A DNA stretch of 63,305 nucleotides, the filler included. It is 9 parts of 9 records of this genome, joined end to end, with 100 filler letters (N's around TTAATTAATTAA, not from the genome) between each part and the next. Parts side by side here need not be neighbours in the genome. Positions count along the whole stretch, not along the records: positions 34,178 to 48,736 come from SRR7504441_14064; positions 48,837 to 54,438 come from SRR7504441_14068; 7 more parts are not named here. One strand, written 5' to 3'. Positions 34,178-48,840 of this stretch are shown piece after piece; position 1 is the stretch's first letter, and each line of letters opens with the position of its first letter. The notes beneath the pieces were generated by a model. That model saw only the letters and a program-made list of their open reading frames with translations, did not search any database and was not told where the DNA came from. The position numbers and the translations under genes are program-made.

Positions 34178-37100
34178 CCTGCGGTATGGCTCCAGCCCGG
34201 TGGTCGCCAAGGTGCCGCCAGCGCCCGACCTGCCCCCAGCCCTGGTGCCAGGTATCCGATGTGCACGTTGTTGCTGCCCCGGCCGAATGGTCGGTCGAAA
34301 TGCAGGTACCTCGTTGCCGCGCAGGCCGGGCGCAGGCCGGGCGCAGGCGAATGCGGAGTCGCAGCAGAAGCTCAAGGAGTTGGCCAACTGGGAAGCGATG
34401 ATGGAGCTGCAGCAGGCAGAAATAGACGCTGCCAATGAGGAGGTGAGCTGCTCACCCGAGCTAGCCGGCCGCTGGCCTCGCAGCCGCCTGCTAAGTGTGT
34501 CCGGTTTGGCTGACGGTGCGGTTGGACAGGGAGGTTCTGAGGACAGCCCGGGGTTTGTCCAAAGACAGAAGGCTGTGATCATCGACAATGTTCAGGTCGA
34601 ATTGCGGAACCTTCACATTCAATACGACGACCGCACATCCAACGCCACCAACGGCTGTTTTGTGTGCGGAGTGATGTTGGAAAGGCTCTCGGTTAATACT
34701 ACCGACAGCTCTGGAAATAGCGTCTTTGCCAAGGGCGCAGACGAAGTTGTCAGGGCCATTTCCGTTACTGGGCTGTCGGCGTATATGGACTCGGGTCCTG
34801 ACACGCCGGAGGCGCCGGATGCCAAATCTAAGTCTGCCCAGTATTTCATCGGGTTTATGACCAATTTGATGGACAGCGCGATTACCGAGCACCGATATCT
34901 CATCCGGCCTCTCGACCTCAAGATCACACTCCAGCATAATAAAAACCCTAAACGGTCGGCGCTCCAAGCTGCGCTCTCACTTCTAGTGGACGCTCCCGAC
35001 TTCGGGCTCTGCTTCAATGAGAGGCAGTATTGGGACTTGCTCCGTTTAATGGAAAATGGGAAGCAATTCGAGATACAGTGCAGGTATCATAAATTCAGGG
35101 TGGATCACCAGGACAGGCAGCTCCCTCCAGCGTTCCAGCCAGGCCGCGGTCAGGCGAGGTGCTGGATCCGCTACGCGGGCAACTGTGTGGTACAGAAGTG
35201 GAGGACACATCACCCTGAATTCTCGTGGCGCCGGCTGAGAGAGAGGAGACAGCATCGACGACAGTACCTGGCGCTGTGGCGTGTCGTGAGCCGGGCTCCG
35301 TGGTTGCCGCCGGAGCAACTAACCGATGAGGCTGTGCAAGCAGCGGAGCAAGGGATACGAAATATTGAGGAATCTGAGCCAGTTGCAGAGATTGTGATTA
35401 TGCGAGGCTATGCGAGGTCTATATATGAGACCGAGATGCGCCAGTACGACAAGCAGCACGCAGCAGAGCAAGAGAAGCTGTACTTTGGGTCTTGGCGGAC
35501 AGTTACGATCAGGTCAGTGAGTCTCGACTCAGAACAGCGGTTTCACGCCCTGGAGAGGGCCGCTGATCAACTCGAGACTCACCTGGCAGCGGATGGAGCG
35601 CTCCAGTTCAGCCTGCAGGTGCTGGTAGGCCAGCTGATGGTTAGCTTGCAAGACGAATCTGCGGTGAATATTGCGGAGCTGAGGCTTGGTGGGATCAGAA
35701 CGGCAGTCGCAGTCGGTGCAAATGACCTGACTTGTGATGTTGGCGTTGGTGAACTGACTGTGGAGGACTTTTGGAGCGGAAGCGACCACTGGAGATCGTT
35801 AGTGACGGGCAACACAGCGAGGAACATGCAACAGCGCTGGAAATTCTCGTTTCAATCCAGGAAAACCAGTCCGACAAGGTCACAGAATACAATCGAGCTG
35901 TACGCCAACGCGCCCGCTACCATAGTGCTTGTGCGGCCTTGTGTTGATCGGTTGATTGACTTCTTCACAGACATGACAGTACCAGGTGTGGTGCTATCAG
36001 ACACTGCGTTGATGGCTGCGTCAAAGAGAATGATCCAAACATACAAAGACAGCACAATTGCCAATATTGTATCCGAAAACCACACAATCGTTGTGAAAGC
36101 CAAGATCAAGGCACCCACGATTATCATCCCCAAAGATTTCCGTTCCGAGTTCTGTGAAGCCGTGACCCTGCACTTGGGCGATCTGCTTGTGAACACTGTT
36201 GCAATGGACGCCGAGCTGCGAAGTACAGGCAGAGAGGGGAGGCACACTCGACAAACTGAGGAAGAAGCATTTGAGGAGGCTGCTGACATCGTTCCATACG
36301 ATCTCTACACGGTGCAAATCAGTAATATACACATGCTTCTCATTGAAGAACTTTGCTTCGCCCAGATTGTTCATGACCCTGACCGCTGGCTGGCGGAAGC
36401 ACCTGACAGATTTGCATTTGCATCCAAAATCGGTATTTCACTGGTCTATGGCAAATCGATGATTCCAAGTGACATTCGGTTCGCTCAGAACTTGCTGGTG
36501 GTTCAGCTTCACGATACTTCTTTCATCAAACTCGCCACAAAAGCCGCTGAGCATTTGGTCGCAGTGCTCCTCTCTTTGCTAGAGACACAACCGTATTCGA
36601 AATCGGGGAATCACGCGCTTGAGAGGTTCAATACAGCGTTAGAGGCCCCGCCAGACAACAGCCCCAGAGAGGCATCAGGTAAAACAACTGAATCTCGACG
36701 CGAAGTAGAAGTGCGTGAAGCCAGCCCTGCGGAAGAAGATCCTGATCAGATGGAGGAGCCGACTGAGAACCAACTCATTCTGTTTGAATGTCTGATCAGC
36801 GTACCAAAGTTGACTCTGCGCCTCGAAGATTACAGCAACGCGTCGTTCTATAGCGGAAACCCCCAGCCAATGATATGTGCTCAGCTGATAGATCTTGATG
36901 TAGAATTGCTCAAGCGACAGAAGGCATTCCTTATGGATGTGAAGGTTGTTGCTTTCGAGTGCATTGATGAGCACCAGAGCGATCCTAATTTCCGACAGAT
37001 CATCACGGCATGGTACCACGCTGAGGGAGACCAGAGCCCACGCGTTCGGGAGACTGATAGCTGGATGCGTCAGGGAGAAAACCCTGTAATGTCGTCAAAG

Positions 37101-40100
37101 GGCCAGCGCTTCCTAGATCAGCGCGGGGTGGCCTCAAAGGCCCGGAAAATGCTGCCCAAAAGATTGTTCCATGCGAGCCAGGTTGGGACGCTCCAGCTTG
37201 AAGCAGCGCCTTCACTCGAGCCGAGCTTGAACCAGCGGTCATCAATGGATGGTGTGCGATTCACCGACGCCGATGCCACTGCTCTTGCGCATGTGGTGAA
37301 TCCAGAGGAGTTTAGTAAAGCTTCTGCCCTGTTTACTAAAGAGCATCCAATGGTGCATGTGAAGATCACACTGCTCGACCGAGGCTCGTTCATGATTGTG
37401 CCAGCTTCAGAGTCCCACAAGGACCAATTTGATATTGGTATCGACTTCGACCATGTCACTCTTCAGTGGAACCCGAGGGCTATCAAAGGGGTTATGGGAT
37501 TGATTTATTCGATTGTGGATATGGTGGGTGGTTCATCTGATGCTGAAGTTTCTGAAACCGATGTGGACGACTCAAGTGCAACCATCACTCCTACAGATCC
37601 AACTGCTACACCGAGCAGAATGCGGATACACGTTAATGTCGCTTCAGTCCGGCTTTGCCTCAACCGTGATCTTGCGCACAAGGCTCTAGCGCAAGCAGAC
37701 GTCGCAAATGTCGCAGTTGAATTCCTTTCCGAAAGCTCTGGCTCGATGCATGTCAAAGTCGGCCTTGGGGACCTAGTTGTTCAATCAAAGCAGACCAAAC
37801 ACTGGCAGGTCTTGGCCAGCAACCACGACGCGCAAGTTGGCAACGTCAAATTTGACAAGCAGCCGGATGGGCATTCGTACATACACGTTGACATTTCGGC
37901 TCTGCGACTGGTTTACCTTTCTCCAGTTGTGTTGGGTGCTATAATATTGGGGTATGTTACTGGTGATGGTCTCCTAGAGGTACTCTTACCCCCCTCGTCG
38001 GCTACACCAGCCGCCACCAAAGAACCCACTTTGCCAAAAGAGTCCTCAGAATACAAGCTACCGGAATCCGCTGGCCAGCTACATCTCGACATCAACGTTG
38101 CATCGCCATTGATCCTGGTGCCTCGGAACGAGAACCACACGGACTCTCTGCTCATCAGGCTAGGAGATCTGAAAGTGACCAGTGCTTATGAGGCCAGGGA
38201 GATTGAATGCCCTGGAGGCTCTTGGCGAGGTAAAGTGGCACTCACTTCATACATTGTTGAACTCAAGAACTCGCAAGTGCTCCTGAGGGAGCAAGCAGAT
38301 CAGCCAACGCCAGAGAACCCCAGTGAAACGGAAGGAGTTCCCGTGGATGTCGAGGGCTACTGGACGGACTCCAGGTGGCACATGCTGCTGCAAAGACACA
38401 GTCAGAGTGTGGCATCTCCTGCTGGTCAAAGTGACAACGGAATTGACCTACTGGTGAAGGTGACAATGCCATCTGGGCTAGCTCCGAGCCATCAAGCAGC
38501 CCAAGTAGTACCTGCTCAGGACATTTCGTTGGATTTCTCATCTGTGTGTTTGATATTCACTGCGAGCCACTGGAGCCGAATGATGGCATGTATTCAGCAG
38601 AATGTGACCGACGTCGAGAATCCATTTCCATGGAATAGCCAATCAGTTGGTCATCCGAGACGTTCCAATTGGAGAAAGGTGGCCAGAGCAAATGAGGCAG
38701 TGGTCAGGCTGGAGGCTGGGCTGGTGGACAGTTATCGACGGACTGACGAGCTGCCTGAGCTGGAGAAGCCAGACGAGCTCCCCGGACCTGATCACTTCAA
38801 GCTGCGTCTCAGGATAAACTCGGGTGAAGCATGTGTGCTGCTGCGGGAAGCTAATCACTCTGGTCTTGTCGAGGCCAAAGCCAGCCAGGTCAGCTTCGAG
38901 ATGTTAAAGCGGCCATCTCTGATGGCAATTGCTTTCAGTTTGCCTGAGTTTGGGGTCAAAGACCTGCGTCACCTCGATTCAGAAGGGTTTTCAGATATCC
39001 TTCGGCCGCTGGTTGACGAATCTACTCCGGAAAGCCTGTTCTCTTTTGAATATACGACTAAACAAGTCCTGAAAGGCACAGAGGAGTCCATCAAGATCGA
39101 AAATAAGAAAGTTCTTGTCAATTGGAATCATGAGACCATACACCAAGTGATGTGTTGGGTGCGAGACATGAATATACCTCCCAAAGATGGTGCACAAGTT
39201 CCCACCCAAAGCAAATCAGCACCACCCAGCAAGAGCCCCGATGTAGCTAGCGCCTCAAGGGTACAGGTCGAGAGACTCGTATCAGTGAGGTTTGAAGGAT
39301 TGGAAATGCTCCTGAACCGCGAGGACTTGGCGTTGCATCTGTGGAAACTAAAGGTAGAAAATCTTCAGTGCACACTGCTCACTGGTGACCACTTATGCCT
39401 GGACCTTGCATTGACCGACGTTTCTCTCGAGGACATGAATCACGATCCCGCATGGTTGCCGCAATACTCAATGTTGCTGCATAAGAACGCCAGTTCTGAA
39501 ACCATCGTCCATGATCTGAGTACCAAGCCGAAAGTCCCATGGAGCGATGCGAGCAAACATGAGACGACAGATGTGCAGCTTCTGCAACTGGTGTATCAGA
39601 CTTGGACAGGACCGGATGCACCACACTACCAGGGATACAAGACGTATGTATGGTGCCGGATGCAAGCTATCGAGCTCCTTTATGTCAAGCCGTTATTTGA
39701 TCCGCTCCTGGCATACATTATGGGATATGGCTTACGGAAGGCACTCATAGCGCCGCCGATAGACGAGCCACGTACTGCTTCTGGTTCAGGCCAAGTACAG
39801 CGAGCTAGACGCGTTTCTGTAAGCAAGGAGAGTGCTGATACAGAGAGAGTACAAGCAGATATCGCCGAGGAGAATACAGCTGAGGAGAAGAAGGAAAATA
39901 AGGAGTACTACGATATCATCATGGAAGCATCTAGTATCCATATGCCTCAAGACATGTGCACCACGGATGGCGCGACAGCCAATCTCGGGAAAGTCACTGT
40001 CCAGACCTCACTCTATCGACATTTGATCCTGGATATCGACATGCAGAAAATTGAGGCTAAGATCGAAGACGTTGGCATTGTGTTGCAACAGTCCGGAGGT

Positions 40101-43100
40101 GCAGAAAATCGAGAGCTTCTCAAGAACATCACCTGTACTGTTGACTGTCTTAAGCCATGCGACCAAACGGAGGGCTTGCTTGACTACGACATCGTCAGTG
40201 ATGTGACATGCTCCACTGGTGGCCAGAACGCAAGGGTTGAGCTCGATATCAATCCTGAAGACATGGACACTGTTACAGAGATTCTCAACGGTCCTGAGCT
40301 ACGGGGGCAGAAGAAACTCCCAGCCTCTTCATTGGAGCATCATGCAGCTGAAGTAAGTGTAGGCCATTCGGAGGCGCCAGTCCAAGCAACTGACCAACCA
40401 GGCGTTGCTCTGTCTTTGCTGACTTACAGTGCTGTAATGAGGCTCGACAGCATCAAGCTCTGTGTAAAGACAAAGGAAGAAAGAAGCGAGATCTTACTTG
40501 GGATTGAGTTTCATGAGCTTGATGCGAGTGCATCTAAACTGGATGAATCTGATGCGGTTGTGTCTGTCAGCCTCGGAACAGCTCATCTCTACTTTACTCA
40601 AGCTCAGGAGGAGTCAGCAGCTGTCAAGAAGATATTCAAAGCCGAGCTTTTGCACAATTGTCCGAGCGGCGAGCCGCTCTTGACGTTTAATCGGACTAAG
40701 CATTCTGACAAAGTTGTGATTGAGTACAGCGCGTGTAATTCGTGCGATGACTTCATCGAGCTCTTAATTTCTCAGCATGCTATTGGGCACGAATGCAAGG
40801 TTGGATGGTCGAATTTCTTACACTTTCTTACACCACGCAGTGAACGCACAGGCAATGCGCGCAGACCGTCTTTACGCCGCCGGAGTACCTTTACGGGTAA
40901 TGCGAGATCGTCATCACACGCATTCAAGGTAATGGAGGACGGGAGTTTCTTGTCTCTGCTTCTACACAATTCGAAGGGCCGCATGGAGTGGACTGGGGAC
41001 CCACGGGTCCTGCTGCAATCAGATTCCTTCAACTGCAAGGCAGCATTTCTGAACAAACTCACCATTGGTCCTGTTGAGATCGGAGTAGGCAGTCCCAAAG
41101 CCGAGCCAAGGAATGATCGCCGCTTGTGCAATGCACTCGACATCGTCATTAAAAGCGACTCAAAGGATGGAGTGAACAGCTTTACAGAAAAGTGCACCTA
41201 CCTGCTGCATGACTTTAGAATTGCTGAAGCAAAAGAGGTAAATTCATCAGGATGCACCTTGTCGCCCAGTTCACCATTCAATCTGTGGAATACACCCGCA
41301 TGGTCTGTGCCAGCTCCCATCTAGGATTAGCTGCTGACTCACTGGGTTCTTTGCAGGGGCTTATTCTTGTTAGGGGAGGATGATGTGATTCTACAGAAGC
41401 TGAAGAGGAGAGCGTTGAGAGCAGGTGGCTTGATGTGGGTCCTTGCTCATCCTTGGTGTTGGCAGTTGCGTCCTTTCAAAATGCGCTTGCCAGCCAGAAA
41501 ATTCGGCTGGACCGCAAAGCAGACGCGTGCCGAGACTCGTATCTGCATGGTTGCTGTGGACCAGCGGGAGTTGAAGACATTCTTAAAGTGAAGCCTACCA
41601 TGCTAAGGCTCGCTAAGGCTGATGCGAGTGCCAACTCTAGGGCCATCAAGCCCAGGCACAAGAGTTACCACGCATTTCGAATCAACTGCCAAGATTTGAC
41701 AGTGGAGGTCCAAAATCGGTTCCGTTCTGCAGGAGGGTTCGTCCGACCTCTTGTGCAGCTCCAGATTCACGCAGTTAGTATCAATGGCGTCGTTCTGCGA
41801 GTCTTTGACTTCTCCGGGTTGACACTGGAATCTAAGCTGATCATCTCAATCGATTCATTTGCTGACGGGGTTGCGGAGTCGGGGAAAGCTCAAGATTCGT
41901 CGGGAGCTTGGGACTCGTTTCTAGAACCGGTGTCCATCATATTGAATCACGAGAATTATCCACAGCCAACAACCATTTTCAGGATAGACAACATGCCATC
42001 CGTGAATATTGTCCCACGCTTCATGAAAATGTGGCTGCAGCGTGAAACATGGCAACCCCATTGCGAAGCCAAAGAAGCCTTACTGATGCAGAACGTGAGA
42101 CCTACTAGATAATTACTAGCTTCTGATATTGTGATCTCTCATATCCTATGTCACAGGTGAAACACTTCACTGTCCGAAATTTGCTCTACTTGGACATCAT
42201 TCTTCATTTCCGTGGCAAAAGTGAACTCATTCGAAAAAAGCAAAGGACACATCGCAAGGACATCATTCCAAAGAGCCCGCGAGGTGATGAGGATCTGAGT
42301 AACGAACATCTTGTTGTCGAGCTAATTCTGAAGGGCCTGAGCGACGAGGACAAGCATTTTGCAACTTTTGAAGTAGCGCTGGGCGACCTCAACCTCACGC
42401 ACCGCAAAACACTGTGTCTTCACCCACCTGGTGCACCGGTGAGTGCACGCCGTTTTGAATTTAGGTCCCTCACTGGTAGGCTGAGATTTGTGGCGGGGCA
42501 GCTTTTTACACTGCAGCTCGATTTCATGCGAAAGGAAAACAGCAAATCTGAAACATTCACCGAGCTGCGAATCTTTTCGCCGCACGTCTTCAAGAACAGT
42601 TTGATCCCCTACTTCCGAGAGCACAACCTGCCCACAGTCCAGTTGAGCTGGGTAGACTCCGAGCAAGGAGAGCAGTTTCTGCCGATGGAAGAAGAACAGC
42701 CCTTGTGGGACGAAAGGCAAGCAATCATAATCGCATGCGAAGCTGACTTAATGGTGGCTGTGTGCAGGCATCTCTCGCCGTTCCACTTGTCGTGTCTTAC
42801 TAACGCAACCACCAAGGAAGGAAAGCGTGAAGAAATCAACGATCTGCGGTTCCGACTCGTGGACTCTGAATGGAAGGGGGATTGGCAGACAGTGCAGGTC
42901 GGAGAGTTGGGCACCTACACACTGGATCTGATCGATCAGCCTAACAAGAGGCTCTACGAACTTGTTGTGGTTGTGCATCACGACGCAGGCTCTCGAATGG
43001 GCAAAGTGAAGGTGAGACCATCTGCAGTGCATAATGTGATATCGTACTGCAGGTGTTTGAGCTTGATGCGAAATACAGGATTTTCAACACCCTACCGGAG

Positions 43101-46100
43101 CAACTCAATTTATACATCAAGGGAGCTTACGGATACAAGTGCTTCGATGGCAACGATCTGTCCCCGAATGGGCAGCCACTTGTAGGCCGGCACTCTGACA
43201 GATGTTCTCGCCATAGGCCAACTGACCTCCCTGAGCTCGTTGAACATATCGAGGACATGGCATCCGATACCAGGGAGGCAGTTGTCATCCGAGCTTCTGT
43301 GTGGCAAGCGATTGAGGCGATAGATGCTGGGCCTTCAGTCCTACATGATCAAGGCCACGAGAACCGCCGATTCAGCTGTAAGATTAACCTTAACAGCAAT
43401 GAACCAGGTCAACACACAGAACCTATCCCGTTGCAGATAGCAAATCCACCAAATGTCCTAGCCATGGAGGCTGCGCTGTCAATCCTCTTTCCAGGTCAAG
43501 CTCGCCACGTCAAGGGCGAAACGGTGTGTCAAGTAAAAGTGACTTTCAGCCCGTGGAGATCTGTTCCCTTCCGTGTTGTAAACAGGTCCGCACACGCAAT
43601 CGGCATTTGGTCTGGGATGATGCCCTCGGTGAATAGCCAGAGAGATGATTGGGATCCTGTGTTCACAACAGAGCAGGATAAGTATTCCCCGTTGCATTAC
43701 CTCGCGGCTGACTGTGAGCAGACAGTCAACATAATGAAGTTACCTGAGGTACTCGATTTTGATGAGCGCTCTGTTGATGGAATGAAATGGAATCTCATTC
43801 TGGATGTTCTCCCATCTGGATGCGAACAGGGAGCATGCGGACAGCAATGGACTCCATACAATGTCAGCTTGCATCCAGAAGCCTGGCACGGCTGCAGCGA
43901 TATTCACACATGTCTGCCTGTGTTAGTTAGACCCGAGGACCGACAAGGGCAACTTTCAGACATCGAATCCCTGATTGATGTCAAGATCAGGAAACGAGGC
44001 CCACAGCATGTCATCATCCTCACAGATCAGCCGAACAGTGAAAAAGACGATTTCGAATCTAGTGTATTTGCCCAGGAACAGGACGGAGTCAGGTTGACGG
44101 CAAGCTGTGGACTGAGCAGGTTGCAAACTTATCGTGAAAAGTATTCCGCGCATCGTCACGCACAAGTGGGTAGCTTTCGTCTTTCGTCACGTTCGGATGC
44201 TCAAGTTGGTAGCCTTGAGAGTGTAATGCGGATTGACATAGCAGGGTTATGCATTGCTGTGTATGATGACGCCGACGAGAGCTTTTGTCAAGGAGCACAG
44301 GAAATTTTCCGGTTATCACTCGCCGGTATCGAAGGACAACAGGTTTGCTCCAGTGAAAGAGTGAGTTACAAATTCAATATCGATGCGTTGCAACTAGACA
44401 ACCAAGCAATTGATCCACGATTCGAACTAGTTCTGTCAACCTTGGCTCACCGAGGGATTCCAGCTCTCACATGCGGCGTAAGTTCCTTACACATAATTGT
44501 TACTGTCTTCATAACACAATCGTTACTGAGTCTTGTGGTGGCAGGCGATTGAGCTCCTGGAAGAAACGCAAGCAGATCTAGATTTCCGCTATTTTTCGAA
44601 CGTCTTCCTTTCTCTGGAACCAATAGATATTAGTCTCGAGCAGCATTTCATCACGGACGTACAATCCTACTTTTATTCTCTTGCAACACCTGAGTCAGAA
44701 ATGATGGAAACCGTCGACCTTTCCCGGTCCTCCGCGGTCCGGAGTCAAGACTTGGATGATGGTACTGCAATGCAAGCGAAGACGTCAAAGAAGGCAAAGA
44801 AGAAATCAAAAGAAAAAGCCAAGCCCATGGAGAGATATTTCATCGAATCATTCGAAATCGCGTCTACTTTATTCCAATTATCGATGAAGAGATCCCGCTA
44901 CAAGAAGAGTGCAGACGCGCGTGATCCGGCCTCTGAAGACCTCGAGGGGTACTTGAATATGATTCCAAGTATCAATGGACATCTCAGCACTATACCAATG
45001 TTGCGCTTGGCCATGAACAGGCAGCAGAGTTTGGAAATGATTGGTGGAGAATTGGCGCACGAATATCGATTTAGGATCCTAGAAGAGCTTTTCGCGCTTG
45101 CTGGTGCCATCGAGGGGTTGGGCAACCCTACAAGATTCATCAAAAATATATCTGGCGCACAAGAAGCTGAGCTTGAGAGACACTTTAATATAGCTGAGCA
45201 AGAGTACATGGAAGAGAACATCCAACGAGTCAGTGTCTTATCTGTCACAAGTGGTACAGGATCAAGGGAACTGGTCAGGGCTTTTGGGGAGATGGCCTCG
45301 TGTGGTAGATCCATGACAAATGCGTTTTCACGAGTCTTCGCCAGACTGAGTTGTGATGAAGCATATTACATGAATCGAGAGCGGATAGTCAATAGAGACA
45401 TGTGGACGGGGTTCAAAAAGTTCGCCGAAAGCCTCTTTGGGAAGCATGGCGCCTTCATGGGGCTTGTCACACAGCCCTACGAAGGATTTAAAAAGGCTTG
45501 CACCCAGGACAAGCAGGAAAATGGGCTGTGCTATCGTATCATATGTGGTATTGGCTTAATCCTCTTCGGCTTTTTCAAAGCCATAACCGGGATCCCGATC
45601 AAATTCTTTGTTGGTTTAATGGACTTTTTCATTGGTTCGCTCACTGAGTTTTCAGAGGTGACTCGTGTTGATACAAGCCAAGGATTACCTCGACCAGAGA
45701 TGAGGGTGTTCACCCCGCCTACTCAATGGCGGGAGAAAATCAACAACAAATGGTTGCATGGCATTGGAGCAGAGCTCAAACCACGCGGCAGCCCACTGCA
45801 CGATACACTCAAGCTTGGACCAATCTATGGAATTATGGTCTTTCCTAGCGACGAGCAACTGATCTTGACGGGCGGGTGCGACCCTGACGGAGTACATGAT
45901 TTGGAGTGCAGCTGTGGAGGGCGAGGTAATCAGTGGCACTTAGTATGTGACTATTCGATTGCCCAGCATGAGAACCCGTCTACCTGTGGCCATTGCGCAC
46001 CAGATAAGCGAATACCATTACAAGTAGTCAGCGCGGAAGGTGGCCCAAACGGGGAAGAGCAGTTCCTGCACTTCGCAGTTTGCCATGAGCCTCTGTGTAG

Positions 46101-47831
46101 TAAGATCAGTCTCAATGACGATGCTCAAAGGCGTCTGGAGGTTTGCCATTCTGTCCTCCCGATTTTGGATGTTCGAATTGCACCTCCAAGTGGCGATGGC
46201 CGTTGGCTGATTTCAAATGAGCCGGTCTTGCAAAGTGTAGATCGCTATGAAATGATCGAGGAGTCGTTGAATGGCTCTTGTGTAGCCCTGGGGGACGAGC
46301 ATCGCAATACTTCTCTCCGTGAATCAGGAGACGGACTCTACATGTGGATCTGTCGAGACGACCGTGATGACGAGAAATTACGCTCGGACGAGGAGCAAGA
46401 TCGCAAGATTGAGGTCGTTACAGGATTCACCCTGCTGTTCGAGAACTACTGCATTCCGAGTGGCTACGCCAGACAAAATGAGCACCAGTGTGCTGATGTC
46501 CATGTCCGGAAATGGACGGGTGAGGATGTGCTAGCACGTGTTGGCCTCAGGTGGTCATTCCCCATGCTGAGCCTGCATAGATCAGCAGATGGCGATGCGT
46601 TGGACAAGGTATCCTCTAAACCCCATGCTTGTGGGGAGGTCTTAACATTAGACTGAGTGCTAATCTTGTTCTGCCATTGTATGCGATGTGACGTGAGCAT
46701 CACAGGAGGAGTTTTACCCTATTGTTGATGTGAAACTACTACGAGAAGATGATCTGAAAGACGGCCGCCTCTTGATGTCTTTACACGACCCAAATCTTGA
46801 TGGCACAAATCACCAATGGCATCTTGTGGAAAACCTGTACTTTGGCAACGACGATGAGCAAATCGACAGAGCATCACTAGGGCGTTCCTCGAGCTTTAAC
46901 AACAGCGACTCAGAGGATCAGACCGGGTGCTGTGGTATGAAGAAAGGGGCTGGTGAAGTCTATCCGTTTTCCGTCAACCAGACTAATCGCTTGGACGGGG
47001 TACACGAGCGTGCATGCCATAATAACTGTGCCGGTCAGGTGTGGCTCGCGTTTCGGCGAGCAAAGGATAACGCGGAGGCCGAGAGGGACGGGATCACTGA
47101 CATTCATCTCCAGATGGTCATGCCTGATCGAGTCCGGGAGTGGACATCCGAACTGGCACCACAGTGGCGCGTGGTAGCTGGCCAGCCTGACTGAGGCTAA
47201 GTTAGAACGCAGGTGACGCACAAGGCTGGGCTGGACCTGCCCTTTGGATTTACTGGCCAAGGTGCCGAGCAAGATCTTTCAGGCTGCGACCGATGTTGTA
47301 TAAGCTGTCGTCGTCCCGAGGATCTCGATGATCTCGAAAAAGCGGATCTGTTCAGTGGAGAATGTAAGGTCCATCGCTTTTTGTGTGTGGAACGGGTTCG
47401 CCACAAGCCTAAGATATCCAACATCAAACTTAGGACAATGTCAAAGGGACTCGGTCAGCAATTGTACAAGCTGGATGATTCCATTCGAGAATTGCAGCCC
47501 CCTAAAGGCTTGTACAAAACCATTTCTGTCTCTGACGTAAGTCTGACACGCCACTGGCAGCTTGACCCCGGGTTTACTGTTGCAGGCAACATCATGTTTG
47601 GTTAAGAAGGAACCTGATGATGATGATGATGAAAACCCGGATTCCTTGAGACACCACCCATTCTTTTCTGCCCATGTCGACGCAAATCTTACTTTGATTC
47701 CACAGAACATAGGACTGTATCTTTGCCTCAAGTATGAACCGGGATATAGCGCATTGCTTCGGGAAAATCTGCAACCATTACAACGAGAAGAACCACCAGT
47801 GTTTGGAGTACCCGATACTAGCTTAGTCTAG
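34178..47831 (+). CDS. VPS13: VPS13-family bridge-like lipid transfer protein (5'-truncated, multi-exon) with atypical C-terminal extension
   Basis: Chorein-N tail (IIDNVQVELRNLHIQYDD, GVMLERLS), repeated x-AP.IIIP...LHLGDL groove repeats, PFRVVNRS, IDALQLDNQ, LGNP and ATG_C-like MGLVTQPYEG..GF.K...G.P.K. ORFs are joined by GT-AG introns near 41303, 41425, 42095, 43012, 44478, 46609, 47171 and 47537. Confidence 0.9.
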
Positions 47832-47976
47832 TATTGCTTCAATTATGACTATTTAGTATTACAATGAATTTCGATGATTATCTAGAGTGGCACTAGAGTG
47901 GCCAGCACAAAAATGAATACCTCCTTACAAGTTTTAATTAGGCTGAGCCTTATACGGTTGTACAGTACTTGTATAA

Positions 47977-48736
47977 TTAATCAGAAGTCGTTGGGGCGCT
48001 CGGAAATAGGAAGGGTCCAAGGAAACCTTTGTAAGTGACCGGAATCGTGTATCGACATGCTTGCGTGTCGGGTGCACCTCTGTTGGGATTGAAACGGGTA
48101 TTGCTGAGATCGCGGATCCGCGTGCTCAGCTGTTGGTAAATATCGTGGTACTTGACATCAGCCCCATTGAGTAGATTGTGCTCTGAAGGGTCATCAAAGA
48201 CGTTGTACAAACACGCGCCAGGGAAGGTTTTGGTGCGCTCATCAAACACCGGATTGATGGCCATCGCGTATTCCTCAGCTGGGGTCTTACCCTGGTCCTT
48301 GGGGACACACAGGTTAAAGTTCTTGGGATCTGTCTCGTCCCAGGTATGGCTGCTGTTGGGATAGAAAGGGCCCGTCCACATTGAGTCCGTGTTGAGTCCA
48401 GTAATGAGCTTAAACCCGTCCTTGTTGATGATTGCCTGTACTTGGGGCGTCCCTTCCGTAATCCCAGGGTACGGGGTGGCGCCCGAAAGTAGAATTTCCT
48501 CCCGAGGTGATTCCTCAGAATCGCCCCGAAGGTACGGCAGCAAGTCCAGAGAATCGATGGAAGGCAAGCCGGCCTCTTCGGCCCGAAGATCTTTGGAATC
48601 TATCCCGGCCATTGCGCTGAATGTCGCGTACCAATCCTCAACTGCCATCAGCCCTGGCAGCTTCTTCCCATACTGGCTCTTGGGAATGTAGCCTCCAGAG
48701 ACGAAGGCATTTACCCGGACGCCGCCTTCAAATTGT
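47977..48736 (-). CDS. Arylsulfatase B/I-like sulfatase, C-terminal part (5'-truncated)
   Basis: FEGGVRVNAFVSGG, DWYATF..MAG, IDSLDL, SPREEI, CLYNVFDDPSEHNL. Confidence 0.88.
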
Positions 48737-48836
48737 NNNNNNNNNNNNNNNNNNNNNNNNNNNNNNNNNNNNNNNNNNNNTTAATTAATTAANNNNNNNN
48801 NNNNNNNNNNNNNNNNNNNNNNNNNNNNNNNNNNNN
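48737..48836. other. Artificial contig-joining linker
   Basis: N-run / TTAATTAATTAA / N-run, 100 bp. Confidence 0.98.
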
Positions 48837-48840
48837 GTTC

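Noticed and set aside
41300-47831. Fragmented ORFs suggesting pseudogenes, frameshifting or stop-codon reassignment
   Set aside because: The breaks I examined are resolved by short GT-AG or GC-AG introns that restore frame and motifs. Long exons show no in-frame stops, so the standard code fits.
6621-48736. Apparent polysaccharide-utilisation cluster (acyltransferase, two PAEs, GH20, sulfatase)
   Set aside because: The genes lie on five different contigs. Proximity is an artefact of concatenation and only indicates gene content.
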